DNA of 64,000 nt, from assembly GCA_963666515.2 (NCBI GenBank), contig OY762897.2:672001-736000 (forward strand), written 5' to 3'. The translations under genes and the position numbers were made by a program. Origin of the DNA: Candidatus Binatia bacterium. GTDB lineage: Bacteria; Desulfobacterota; Binatia; UBA9968; JAJDTQ01. Of the stretch, positions 9,688 to 18,354 are shown piece by piece; the stretch's first letter is position 1, and the number at the start of each line of letters is the position of its first letter. The notes beneath the pieces were generated by a model that saw only the letters and a list, made by a program, of their open reading frames with translations, was not told the DNA's origin and made no database searches.

Positions 9688-10941
9688 CTAGCGCGGCGCC
9701 ACCAGGATTTCTTCCCGTGGGAAGTGGTCCATGATCTCGGCGCCGTCCTTGGTCACCACCACCATGTTCTCCAGTCGCACGCCGCCCACGCGGGTCTCGC
9801 CCTCGCGGCTCTCGATGGCGATGGTCATGCCCTCCTCGAAGACCTGCGGGTAGTTGAGCGACCACTGGCGGTTGATGATGGGGATGTCGTAGTTGGTGCT
9901 TCCCTGGGTGAGGCCGATGCCGTGGCCGATCTCGCTGGCCAGCACCTCGCACTCCTCGTCGTAGCCCCAGCTCGTCGCCGGCGGGAAGTGCTTGGCGGCG
10001 TCGGCGGTGGTGGCGCCGGGCTTGATGGCGTCGATGACCCCATCGATGCTGTCCCGTACGCGCTTGTACCAGTCCTGCTCCTTGGCGGTGGGTTTCCGCC
10101 CCACGATGAAGGTCCGGTACGTGCAGGTGGCGTAGCCCTGGTAGGTGAGGCCGCAGAGCGAGCCGTACAGCAGGTCGCCGGTCTGCAACAGCCGGCTGGA
10201 CTGATGGAAGCCGCGGTCGAAGGTGGAGGGCCCGGAGCGCCAGCCTCCGGGCGGCGCCGACTCCGCGCCCATGTCGTAGCCCGCCTTGGTGGCGATGCCC
10301 GACAGCTCGGTGTCTCGGACCCCCGGCTTGGCGTTCTCCCATATGCTGTACCAGACGCCTTCGACGATGGCCGCGGCGGTCTTGAGGCAGTCGATCTCGT
10401 CGGGGGTCTTGATCTTGCGGATCTCCTTCATCACCAGGCTGAAGTCCACGAGGTTCTTGACGCCGGCGTTGGTGAGGGCCTCCCGTGCGATGCCGTCGAA
10501 GGCGCTGAAGCCGATCTTTTCGTTCAGCAGGCCCCGGCTCTTCAACTCGTCGTGGATGTCGGCGGCGAATTGCCGGGCCTCGTCCTTGGCCGCCTCGATG
10601 CCGCAGGCCGCGGTGAGCCAAGCCCGCGCCGGCCGCCACTCCTTGATCCACGGCGCCTGATCCGGCATCTGGTGGAAGTGGCCGCTGTGCTCGTACATGA
10701 CCGGGTCATGGTCGGCAAAGAACAGGGTGTAGCGGCACATGGGATAGTTGAACCCCTTGAGGCCGGTGAGGTAGCGGATGTTGGCCGAGTTGGCTTCCAG
10801 CAGCGCCGGGATGCCGTGCTCGCGCATGATCCGCTTGGCCCGCTCGGCCCGCTCCCGCCGCATGCGGTCCGTGTTCAGCCGCTCCTGCCAGTCCGATATC
10901 TCGTTGCCGTAGATGAGCTTGGATGCGTACTGCGGTGCCAT
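9688..10941 (-). CDS. M24 family (Xaa-Pro peptidase/creatinase-like) hydrolase
   Basis: NIRYLTG, RKIKTPDEI, GHGIG and GGVRLEN motifs; start MAPQY after AGGAGG. Confidence 0.88.
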   Translation of the reverse strand: MAPQYASKLIYGNEISDWQERLNTDRMRRERAERAKRIMREHGIPALLEANSANIRYLTGLKGFNYPMCRYTLFFADHDPVMYEHSGHFHQMPDQAPWIKEWRPARAWLTAACGIEAAKDEARQFAADIHDELKSRGLLNEKIGFSAFDGIAREALTNAGVKNLVDFSLVMKEIRKIKTPDEIDCLKTAAAIVEGVWYSIWENAKPGVRDTELSGIATKAGYDMGAESAPPGGWRSGPSTFDRGFHQSSRLLQTGDLLYGSLCGLTYQGYATCTYRTFIVGRKPTAKEQDWYKRVRDSIDGVIDAIKPGATTADAAKHFPPATSWGYDEECEVLASEIGHGIGLTQGSTNYDIPIINRQWSLNYPQVFEEGMTIAIESREGETRVGGVRLENMVVVTKDGAEIMDHFPREEILVAPR

Positions 10942-10988
10942 GGGGAACCTCCTTGGGTGACTGCGGAAATCAGGAGTCTGTCCGTCGA

Positions 10989-11013
10989 GGGCGGGTCCGA
11001 AATCCGCCCCTAC
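10989..11013. repeat. GTAG-type REP-like hairpin
   Basis: Reverse strand reads GTAGGGGCGGATTTCGGACCCGCCC, sharing the GTAGGGGCG head with 6411-6438. Confidence 0.55.
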
Positions 11014-11109
11014 ATGGCCACATGAGCCTGTCCTTGTCAAGGTTCGGCCGGGGTACTAGGATGACCGGAAACCCCAAGCGGCAGCGTTCACGGAAGGAGA
11101 CGAGAGAAG

Positions 11110-12138
11110 ATGAGCAACTACCGCGCCGTCGATGCGGACGGCCACGTGATGGAGCATCCCGGGGAGATCAAGGAGTTCTTCGAGCCGCCCTACAACCAAC
11201 TGCCCTGGACCGTCTACTCGCTGTTCCCGAGCGTGGACGGTTTCGTCCGCGGCTTCTCGCGTCTGACCGAGGAAGACGATCCGAACGCCGAGCGCTGGGT
11301 GGAGTTTCTCGACCGCTGCGGCATCGAGACCTCCTACCTGTATCCGTCGGTGGGCTTGGCCAGCGGCATGATCCAGGACCGGGACTATGCCGCGGCCATC
11401 GCACGGGCCTACAACCGCTGGGTGCACGCGAAGTTCATGCAGGCCAGCGAGCGCCTGCGCGCGGTGGCGCTGATCCCGGCCCAGAACATCCCGGAAGCGG
11501 TCACCGAGCTTCGCGCCGCGGTGACCGAGCTGGGCATGCCCGGCGCCATGCTGCCGTCGGTGACGGCCGCCGGCAAGCACTATGGCCACCGCGACTTCGA
11601 CCCCCTCTACGAGGAGGCCCAGCGCCTCGGCTGCTGCCTGGCCATCCACGGCGCCGTGAGCCAGCGCATCGGCATCGACAACTCCGAAAACCTCTTCAAG
11701 ACCCACACGCTGGAGCACCCGTTGTCCCAGCTCATCCAGTTCACCGACATGATGACCGAGGGCGTGTTCGAGCGCTTTCCCGACCTGCGCTTCGCCTTCC
11801 TGGAGGCGGGCGCCGGCTGGGCCCCCTACATGATGGACCGCATGGACGAGAACTACGAGCGGCGAAGGCGCTGGTGCCCGGTGCTGACCAAGCGCCCCAG
11901 CGACTACGTGCGCGACGGCAACATCTACTTCAGTTGCGAGGTGGAGGAGAGGACCCTCCCCACCGTGCTGCAGCTCGTGGGCGAGGACCGGATCCTCTTC
12001 GCATCTGACTATCCGCACGAGCGCCACAAGGGCGAGTTCTACGGCGACATCGACGAGTTGAACGCCCGGGAAGACCTCTCGGACACGCAGAAGCACAAGG
12101 TGCTCTACGCCAACGCCGAGCGGTTCTACAACGGCTGA
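11110..12138 (+). CDS. Amidohydrolase_2 family metal-dependent hydrolase/decarboxylase
   Basis: DADGHVME, LAIHG, GVFERFPDLRFAFLEAGAGW and FASDYPH motifs. Confidence 0.9.
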   Translation: MSNYRAVDADGHVMEHPGEIKEFFEPPYNQLPWTVYSLFPSVDGFVRGFSRLTEEDDPNAERWVEFLDRCGIETSYLYPSVGLASGMIQDRDYAAAIARAYNRWVHAKFMQASERLRAVALIPAQNIPEAVTELRAAVTELGMPGAMLPSVTAAGKHYGHRDFDPLYEEAQRLGCCLAIHGAVSQRIGIDNSENLFKTHTLEHPLSQLIQFTDMMTEGVFERFPDLRFAFLEAGAGWAPYMMDRMDENYERRRRWCPVLTKRPSDYVRDGNIYFSCEVEERTLPTVLQLVGEDRILFASDYPHERHKGEFYGDIDELNAREDLSDTQKHKVLYANAERFYNG

Positions 12139-12180
12139 GGCAAGCAGCCCGGAAGGGAAGCCGACAGGAGGAAACCCAAC

Positions 12181-12630
12181 ATGCCGAAGGTCTCATCATT
12201 GGGCCACGTGGGCCTGCTGGTCCACGACATCGAGCGCTCCAAGGCGTTCTACCGCGACGTGTTGGGCCTCACGGTCAGCGACGAGAGCGACACCGGCACC
12301 GTCTTCATGACCGCCCAGGAACGCCATAAAGAGCACCACGAGCTGCAATTGCGTCCCGGCCGGGAAGAAGGCGGGAGCATCGTCACGCAGATATCCTTCC
12401 GCTGCGGCACCCTGGCCGAACTGAAAGCCTTCCACCGCGACTTCGTGGAACGCGGCATCCCCATCCAGCACGTCAACAGCCACGGCAACGCCATCGGCAT
12501 CTATTTCACCGACCCCGACGGCAATACGGTGGAAGTCTACTGGCCCACCGGCATCGACTGGCCCCAGCCCTTCCGCAAGCCGGTGGATCTCAGCGCCACC
12601 GACGAGGATATCCTGGCGAATCTGACGTGA
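12181..12630 (+). CDS. VOC family (glyoxalase/extradiol dioxygenase-like) protein
   Basis: LGHVGL..DIERSKAFYRDVLGL, HHEL and YFTDPDGNTVEVY motifs. Confidence 0.9.
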   Translation: MPKVSSLGHVGLLVHDIERSKAFYRDVLGLTVSDESDTGTVFMTAQERHKEHHELQLRPGREEGGSIVTQISFRCGTLAELKAFHRDFVERGIPIQHVNSHGNAIGIYFTDPDGNTVEVYWPTGIDWPQPFRKPVDLSATDEDILANLT

Positions 12631-12631
12631 C

Positions 12632-12784
12632 CCTTGTGACGTAGGTGCGCAGTAGTACCTTGCCGGTGTCCGGTTCACCGGCAAGCACACATTCGATCCC
12701 TTCCGTGAGCAGGGCTTCGCGAAATACGGGGTCCCGTTCAACGCGCTCCCAGATGGTTTCCCTGAAGTCTCGCGTCAGAGCCAT
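12632..12784 (-). pseudogene. N-terminal remnant of an addiction-module antitoxin/transcriptional regulator
   Basis: MALTRDFRETIWERVERDPVFREALLTEGIECVLAGEPDTGKVLLRTYV matches the N-terminus of HigA-like antidote proteins; the HTH half is missing; composition differs from neighbours. Confidence 0.6.
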
Positions 12785-12807
12785 CAACTCTCTCATTTCA
12801 CGATTCT

Positions 12808-15054
12808 TCACGACCCCTGCAACGCCGCGTACACTTTCTCCGCGGTGAGCGGCAGGTCGTAGATGCGCGCGCCGGTGGCGTCGGCCACGGCGTTGGCGAT
12901 GGCGGCGGCGGTGGGGACGTTGGGCAGTTCGCCGATGGCCTTGCCCTGGAAGGGGACCGGGCCTTCGCCCTGGTCGACGAACACGGTGTCGAGGCGCGGG
13001 ATGTCCTTGGCGCAAGGGAGCTTGAAGTCGCCCAGGTTCAGGGTGGTGATCCTGCCGTCGGACATGGGGTTGTCTTCCATGAGCGCGAAGCCCACGCCGT
13101 TGACCACGCCGCCGTCGATCTGGCCCTGGTAGGTCAGGTGGTTGATGATACGGCCGGAGTCGTGGGCGGTGGTCATGCGGGTGACCTTCACCTGGCCGGT
13201 TTCCGGGTCCACCTCCACCTCGGCGACCTGGGCCGCGAACGAGGTGATGGGCGGCTGGCCCTCGGGGGCGAAGAGGGTGTCGTGGTGGAACGAGCCGCCG
13301 GCCTCGGCGATGGCGGCTTGGGCCGCCTCGGCGAAGGACAGCTCGCCGCCCTCGGGGGCGGCGAAGCGACCGTCCACCCGGCCCACCTGGTCGGGCGCGC
13401 AGCCGAGCTTTTTGGCGGCGCACTCCACGAGCATTTCGTGCACCTCCCGGGCGGCCTTGTGGGCGGCGTGTCCGGTGGTGTTGGTGGACTTGCTGCCGCC
13501 GGTGCCGGGATCCCAGGGCGAGTTGTCGGTGTCCTCCACCTGGATGCGGATGGTCTCGGGCGCGGTACCCAGGGTCTCGCTTACGATCTGCACGATGGCG
13601 GTGTGGATTCCGGGCCCCACGTCGGGCACGCCGACGAGAACCGTAACCGTGCCGTCTTCATCCAGATCGATGCCGGCGTTGGCGTTGCCGCCGCCGGCGC
13701 CGCGTTCGTAGAGCGCGATGCCGCGGCCCCGGTTGGGTCCGGGCTGGCTCGCGCGCCATCCGGACGCCTCCACGGCCTTGGCCAGGGTCTCCTTGGCCAG
13801 GATGCCGTCCCACTTGGCGCCCAGCGGCGAGGCGTCGCCGGGGTCCAGCAGGTTGCGCATGCGAAAGTCCACCGGGTCGATTCCCATCTCCCTGGCGATG
13901 TGGCCCATCTGCGACTCCACCGCGAACACGATCTGTGGGCTTCCCGGAGTCCGTGTCTGCGTGCACGGCACCTGGTTGGTGTAGGCGCACACGGTCTCGA
14001 TGCGGATGGCCGGCACCCGGTAGTAGCTGGCCAGCCGCCGGGCGCCCAGCACGGTGATCTCGGGGTTGGCCTTCCACGCGGCGTAGGCGCCGCCGGTGAA
14101 AGTGACCTTGCCCTCGACGGCCGTTATGGCGCCGTCGTTCTTGACTCCGGTGCGAATCGTGACCACGGCCGGATGGCGGTGCGCCGCGGTGGCGATCTCC
14201 TCGGTGTAGGTGAGCACCATGCGCACCGGCCGGCCCGTTTCCTTGGCCAGGAAATAGCACACCGGCGTGTCGATCATGGAAGCCTTGCCGCCGAAGTCGC
14301 CGCCCACCGAGAGGATGTGGACGTTGACCTTCTCAGGCTCAAGGCCCAGGTCCGCGCAGAGCCGGTTCTTCAGCGCGAACGGCCCCTTGTTGGAGGCCCA
14401 AACCTCGACGTTGCCGGAAGCGTCCACCGCTACGGTGCAGGCGTGGGGCTCCAGGTAGCCGTGGTGCGCCAGTTGGGTCGCGAAGGTGTTCTCGAACACC
14501 CGGTCGGCGGCGGCGAATCCGGCGTCGAGGTCGCCGTTCTGCCACACGCTGTGGGACTGGACGTTGGGCCGGTCGGGGTCCACGCCCTCCGCCAGCGGCG
14601 GCGCGTTCTTGTACTCCCGCGGCGCGTCGTGCAGCGCCACGGTGCCGGGCTTCACCGCCTCCAGCGGATCGTACACCCCCGGCAGTTCCTCGTAGTCCAC
14701 CTCGATGAGCCGCAACGCCGCGTCGCAGATCTCCGGCGTGTCCGCGGCCACCGCGGCCACCGGGTCGCTCACGAACCGCACCTTGTCCCTGGCCAGCACC
14801 GGCATGTCCTTCATGCGCAGCCCCACGTACACTCCCGGCAGGTCCGCGCCGGTCAGCACCGCGTGGACCCCCGGCAGCGCCTTGGCCTTGCCGGTGTCGA
14901 TGTTGCGTATGTGCGCATGGGGCAGCGGGCTGCGCAGCACCTTGGCGTAAAGGGAGTCCGGGATCGGCAGATCCGCGGCGTAGCGCGTGGCGCCGGTGAC
15001 TTTGTCCGCGCCTTCGATGCGGGGCATGGGTTTTCCGACGGTCTGATAGGCCAA
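12808..15054 (-). CDS. Xanthine dehydrogenase/CoxL-family molybdopterin-binding large subunit
   Basis: KVTGATRY, LRSPLPHA, VGGDFGGK, VEVDPETGQV, GQIDGG and KAIGE motifs; TTG start after GGAGG. Confidence 0.93.
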   Translation of the reverse strand: MAYQTVGKPMPRIEGADKVTGATRYAADLPIPDSLYAKVLRSPLPHAHIRNIDTGKAKALPGVHAVLTGADLPGVYVGLRMKDMPVLARDKVRFVSDPVAAVAADTPEICDAALRLIEVDYEELPGVYDPLEAVKPGTVALHDAPREYKNAPPLAEGVDPDRPNVQSHSVWQNGDLDAGFAAADRVFENTFATQLAHHGYLEPHACTVAVDASGNVEVWASNKGPFALKNRLCADLGLEPEKVNVHILSVGGDFGGKASMIDTPVCYFLAKETGRPVRMVLTYTEEIATAAHRHPAVVTIRTGVKNDGAITAVEGKVTFTGGAYAAWKANPEITVLGARRLASYYRVPAIRIETVCAYTNQVPCTQTRTPGSPQIVFAVESQMGHIAREMGIDPVDFRMRNLLDPGDASPLGAKWDGILAKETLAKAVEASGWRASQPGPNRGRGIALYERGAGGGNANAGIDLDEDGTVTVLVGVPDVGPGIHTAIVQIVSETLGTAPETIRIQVEDTDNSPWDPGTGGSKSTNTTGHAAHKAAREVHEMLVECAAKKLGCAPDQVGRVDGRFAAPEGGELSFAEAAQAAIAEAGGSFHHDTLFAPEGQPPITSFAAQVAEVEVDPETGQVKVTRMTTAHDSGRIINHLTYQGQIDGGVVNGVGFALMEDNPMSDGRITTLNLGDFKLPCAKDIPRLDTVFVDQGEGPVPFQGKAIGELPNVPTAAAIANAVADATGARIYDLPLTAEKVYAALQGS

Positions 15055-15088
15055 GGTTCACCTCCGGTTGGTTCGTCTTCGTGCGTCG

Positions 15089-15148
15089 GTCCTTCGACTT
15101 CGCTCGTCCTTCGGCAAGCTCAGGACTCGCTACGCTCAGGACGAACGG
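15089..15148. repeat. Nested REP-like palindrome (CCTTCGAC..GCTCAGGACGAACGG type)
   Basis: Outer GTCCTTCGACTTCGCT...ACGCTCAGGACGAACGG encloses an inner GTCCTTCGGCAAGCTCAGGAC. Confidence 0.65.
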
Positions 15149-15155
15149 TATCGGG

Positions 15156-16238
15156 TCAGTTCAGTATCCGGGCCGCGTTCTCGCCCAGGATCTTGCGCTT
15201 GTTCTCGTCTGTCAGCTTGTCGCTCTCCACGATGGGGCGGGTCACCTCGCCGGGAGGGGAGGAGTCCCAGTGCGGCGTGTCCGTGGCCAGCACCAGGTTG
15301 TCGTCGCCCAGCATCTCCACGGCCAGCTCGAAGTGCTCGTCCTCGAACGGCTCGCAGCCGACGTACACCTGCCGCATGAAGTACTCGCTGGGCTTCATCC
15401 TGAGCCACGGCACCAGGTGCGGGAGCTTCTCGTGGTGCTCGTCCATGCGCCCCAGCCACCACGGCATCTGCGAGGCGCCGGTCTCCAGGCACACGAGGTT
15501 GAGCTTGGGAAACCGCTCCAGCACGCCGCCGCAGATGAACGTCATCATGCACACCATGGACTCGAAGACGCGGCCCACCATGTGGGAGAAGAAGAAGTTG
15601 TCGGCGAAGCGTTCCTGGCCCATGGATTCGTGCTTGGTGTCGTGGATGATGATGGGCCAGCCCAGGTTCTCCAACTCGGCGTAGATGGGGTCGTAGTACG
15701 GGTCCCACCACTGGCGTCCGGCCACCGGCACCGCCTTCATGTTGAGGGCCTGGTTGCCCATGTCCGCCATGCGGTGAAGCTCCTGGACCGCCAGGTCCGC
15801 GTCCTGCCACGGAACGACGCCGGCCCATTGCAGGCGCTCCGGGAACTCCCCGGCGTACTGCCGCATGTAGTTGTTCTCGGCACGGCAATAGGCGGCGGCC
15901 AGTTGCGGGTCGTCCGGGAACCACACCAGGTCCAGTGCCGGCGAGTTGGGGGACAGCACCGCCACGTCGATGGCGTCCTTGTCGAGGTTGCGCACCCGGC
16001 CCCCGGCCGCCAAGTCTTCCGCCTTGTGCCAGACGGGCTTCTCGCCGCTCTGTCGGGTCACCTCCGACCCCACCATGATGCGCGTCCCCACAAGGGTCTT
16101 GCGCCGTTCGTCGGGGGCGGTGGGAAGCGGCCGGGGAAGGTGTCCCTTCCATTCGTCCTCGATGCAGTCGGCCCAGTTGGCCACGTCGCCCACCAAGTGG
16201 CTGTCGAGGTCGATGACCTTGGTACCGTTGATGGCCAT
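15156..16238 (-). CDS. Amidohydrolase_2 family protein
   Basis: IDLDSHL, IIIHD, GGVLERFPKL...LETG and ATDTPHWD motifs; start MAINGTK after AGGAG. Confidence 0.9.
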   Translation of the reverse strand: MAINGTKVIDLDSHLVGDVANWADCIEDEWKGHLPRPLPTAPDERRKTLVGTRIMVGSEVTRQSGEKPVWHKAEDLAAGGRVRNLDKDAIDVAVLSPNSPALDLVWFPDDPQLAAAYCRAENNYMRQYAGEFPERLQWAGVVPWQDADLAVQELHRMADMGNQALNMKAVPVAGRQWWDPYYDPIYAELENLGWPIIIHDTKHESMGQERFADNFFFSHMVGRVFESMVCMMTFICGGVLERFPKLNLVCLETGASQMPWWLGRMDEHHEKLPHLVPWLRMKPSEYFMRQVYVGCEPFEDEHFELAVEMLGDDNLVLATDTPHWDSSPPGEVTRPIVESDKLTDENKRKILGENAARILN

Positions 16239-16526
16239 GTGGATTCTCCTCTCTGGATGGCCGCTGCCCCGCGCGCCAAGGTGGCGTGCGGACGCACAAG
16301 CGGGCGGGATCGGCGGTGCGCCGAAACGACAAGCGTGGAGCATACCGTCCCGCGCATCATGCCGACGCGAATGGCGGGACAGGACACTCGCCGTTGATGT
16401 TGAATAGCGTTCCTGGACGGGCAGTTCAAGGGATGGCAGACTGCCGGGACTGCGCCCGGCAGGTTCGGGGGCTCGGTCTGCCGAGTCGTCAAATGCGGGC
16501 ACACACGAAAGCGGGGGAACTCATCC

Positions 16527-17477
16527 ATGCTGTTCATCAAGGAAACGCCGGTGGAGACCATCATACCCATGTCGCGGGCCATCGAGGCGGTGGAAGAGTC
16601 CCTGGCGGAAACTTCGCGCGGCAACGCCGTAGTGCTGCCGCGGCGGCGCATCCACCACGCGAACCGGATGCTGTTCGGCGTGCTCCCGGGCTCCTTCAAG
16701 GGCGCCATGGGCGCCTACCTCCAGACCGACCGGAACCGGGCGATCCACCACGAGACCGTGATCCTCTACAGCGTCGAGACCGGCGAGCCGCTGATAATGT
16801 TCCAGGACTGCGCCATCAACGAACTTCGCACCGGCGCGGCCGGCGGCGTCGGCGCCAAGTATCTGGCTCCGCTCGACGCCACGCGGGTGGCGGTCATTGG
16901 CAGCGAGAAGCACGCCTTCACCCAGCTCCAGGCGGTATGTGCGGTGCGCCCCGTCGACACCGTCAAGGTCTTCAGCCCGACTCCGGCGCATCGGCTGCGG
17001 TTCGCAGATCGCGTCCGCGCGGCCCTGGAACTGGAGGCCGCGGCCGTAGACAGCGCCGAGGCTGCCCTGGACGGCGTGGACATCGTCATCACCGCCACCA
17101 GCGCCCAGAGCCCCGTGTTCGAAGGCCGGAGCCTCCGTCCCGGCATGCACGTCACCTCCATCGCCAACGGCGACAAGACACGCGTACGCGAGGAGATCGA
17201 CCACGACACCCTCCGACGGGCCGCACGGGTGTGCGTTACCTCGAAGGCGACCGTGCAGGCCAACGAGAGCGACCTGTTCCGGGCGGTCCGGGACGGGGTT
17301 CTGAACTGGGACGGCGTGTCGGAGCTGGGAGACGTGATTCTCGGCAACGCCCCCGGCCGCACCGGGGCGGAAGAGATCACGCTGTTCAAGCTTCAGGGTC
17401 TGGGGATCATGGACCTGGCGGTAGGGCTGCAGGCCTACGAGGCATTGAAGGATTCGACGACGGTGGAGAGAATATAG
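16527..17477 (+). CDS. Ornithine cyclodeaminase / mu-crystallin family protein
   Basis: LRTGAAGGVGAKYLA, DIVITATSA, PGMHVTSI, ELGDVI..GR and ITLFKLQGLGIMDLA motifs. Confidence 0.9.
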   Translation: MLFIKETPVETIIPMSRAIEAVEESLAETSRGNAVVLPRRRIHHANRMLFGVLPGSFKGAMGAYLQTDRNRAIHHETVILYSVETGEPLIMFQDCAINELRTGAAGGVGAKYLAPLDATRVAVIGSEKHAFTQLQAVCAVRPVDTVKVFSPTPAHRLRFADRVRAALELEAAAVDSAEAALDGVDIVITATSAQSPVFEGRSLRPGMHVTSIANGDKTRVREEIDHDTLRRAARVCVTSKATVQANESDLFRAVRDGVLNWDGVSELGDVILGNAPGRTGAEEITLFKLQGLGIMDLAVGLQAYEALKDSTTVERI

Positions 17478-17518
17478 CTGCCACAAGTGCGAGGTTGTGA
17501 AGGTCCGCGCGCCTCCAC

Positions 17519-17548
17519 GTCATTCCGGCGAAAGCCGGAATCCAGGGG
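17519..17548. repeat. REP-like palindrome between convergent genes (possible bidirectional terminator)
   Basis: GTCATTCCGGCGAAAGCCGGAATCCAGGGG hairpin; its flanks recur exactly at 24984-25037. Confidence 0.75.
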
Positions 17549-17563
17549 TGGGGGCGTTCCGGG

Positions 17564-18352
17564 CTACTTCAGCCGCAGAATTTCCCGCCGCACCATATCC
17601 TGCCAGGAGGCTCCGGGGCGGTCGGTCCAGTTGCCGGGCAAATCGATGATCTGCCCCTTGCGCTTGAACGAATGCGCAAGCCCCAAGGCTTCGGCCAGCA
17701 GGGACTCCTGCCGGAGGCCTGCGCGCGGCCGCCCGAAGGTCCGGCCCACGGGGTTGTCGATGCACACCGCCCTCGGGGGCTTGACCCGCTCCACGATGTC
17801 GCGCACCGTGCCTACCAGCAGCGTCGGGATTCCCGAGGCCTCCACCACGTTGGCGACGAGACTCACGGTCTCGTGGCAGTAGGGTCAGTAGGGGACCATC
17901 AGCGCAAGGTCCACGCGCATGGCCGCGAGCCTGCGCGCCAGCTCCGGCGCGAGCGTTTCGGTGATGGCCTCGTGGTCGGAGACGCCGCCGTAGATGGAAA
18001 AATGCGCTTGGGCGACGCTGCCGACGACGCCTTTTCGCGCCAACTCCTGGAGCGCGCGCCTGGGAAAGACCACTTCGGCATCCCTGCGAACGTCGGCGCC
18101 CACGGGAGAGTGATGGTCGACGGTGACCTCGACGTCCGGGTTCGCGGCGATGCGGCGATGGCTCGTGTCGCCCCCGGCGGTGAACGCGCGCTGGTTGGTC
18201 TGGCGGATGGCCGCGCTCGTGACGATGCTCACGCGCATCTCGTCCAGCGTCTTTGCCAAGGGCTGCCACGCGATTTTGGGCGCGCGCCGCAGCTTGCGCG
18301 GCGGCCTTGGGGCCGCGTGTTCCGCCAGGATGGGGAGATAGTCGAGGGCCAC
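17564..18352 (-). CDS. PrdB/GrdB-like (glycine/betaine/sarcosine/D-proline reductase B family) selenoprotein, Sec at TGA 17885-17887
   Basis: ORFs 17885..18697 and 17564..17866 are in the same frame; read-through gives LMVPY-U-PYCHETVSLVANVVEASGIPT (UxxC); hairpin follows the TGA; GTG start at 18352, 262 aa. Confidence 0.85.
17853..17884 (-). promoter_or_regulatory. Putative bacterial SECIS element
   Basis: After UGA: CCCTACTGCC-ACGAGAC-CGTGA-GTCTCGT, a perfect 7-bp stem with the loop starting 17 nt after UGA and G as second loop base. Confidence 0.72.
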
Positions 18353-18354
18353 CG

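Noticed and set aside
12808-15054. Aerobic CO dehydrogenase (coxL form I)
   Set aside because: It lacks the AYRCSFR active-site loop and the coxM/coxS neighbours
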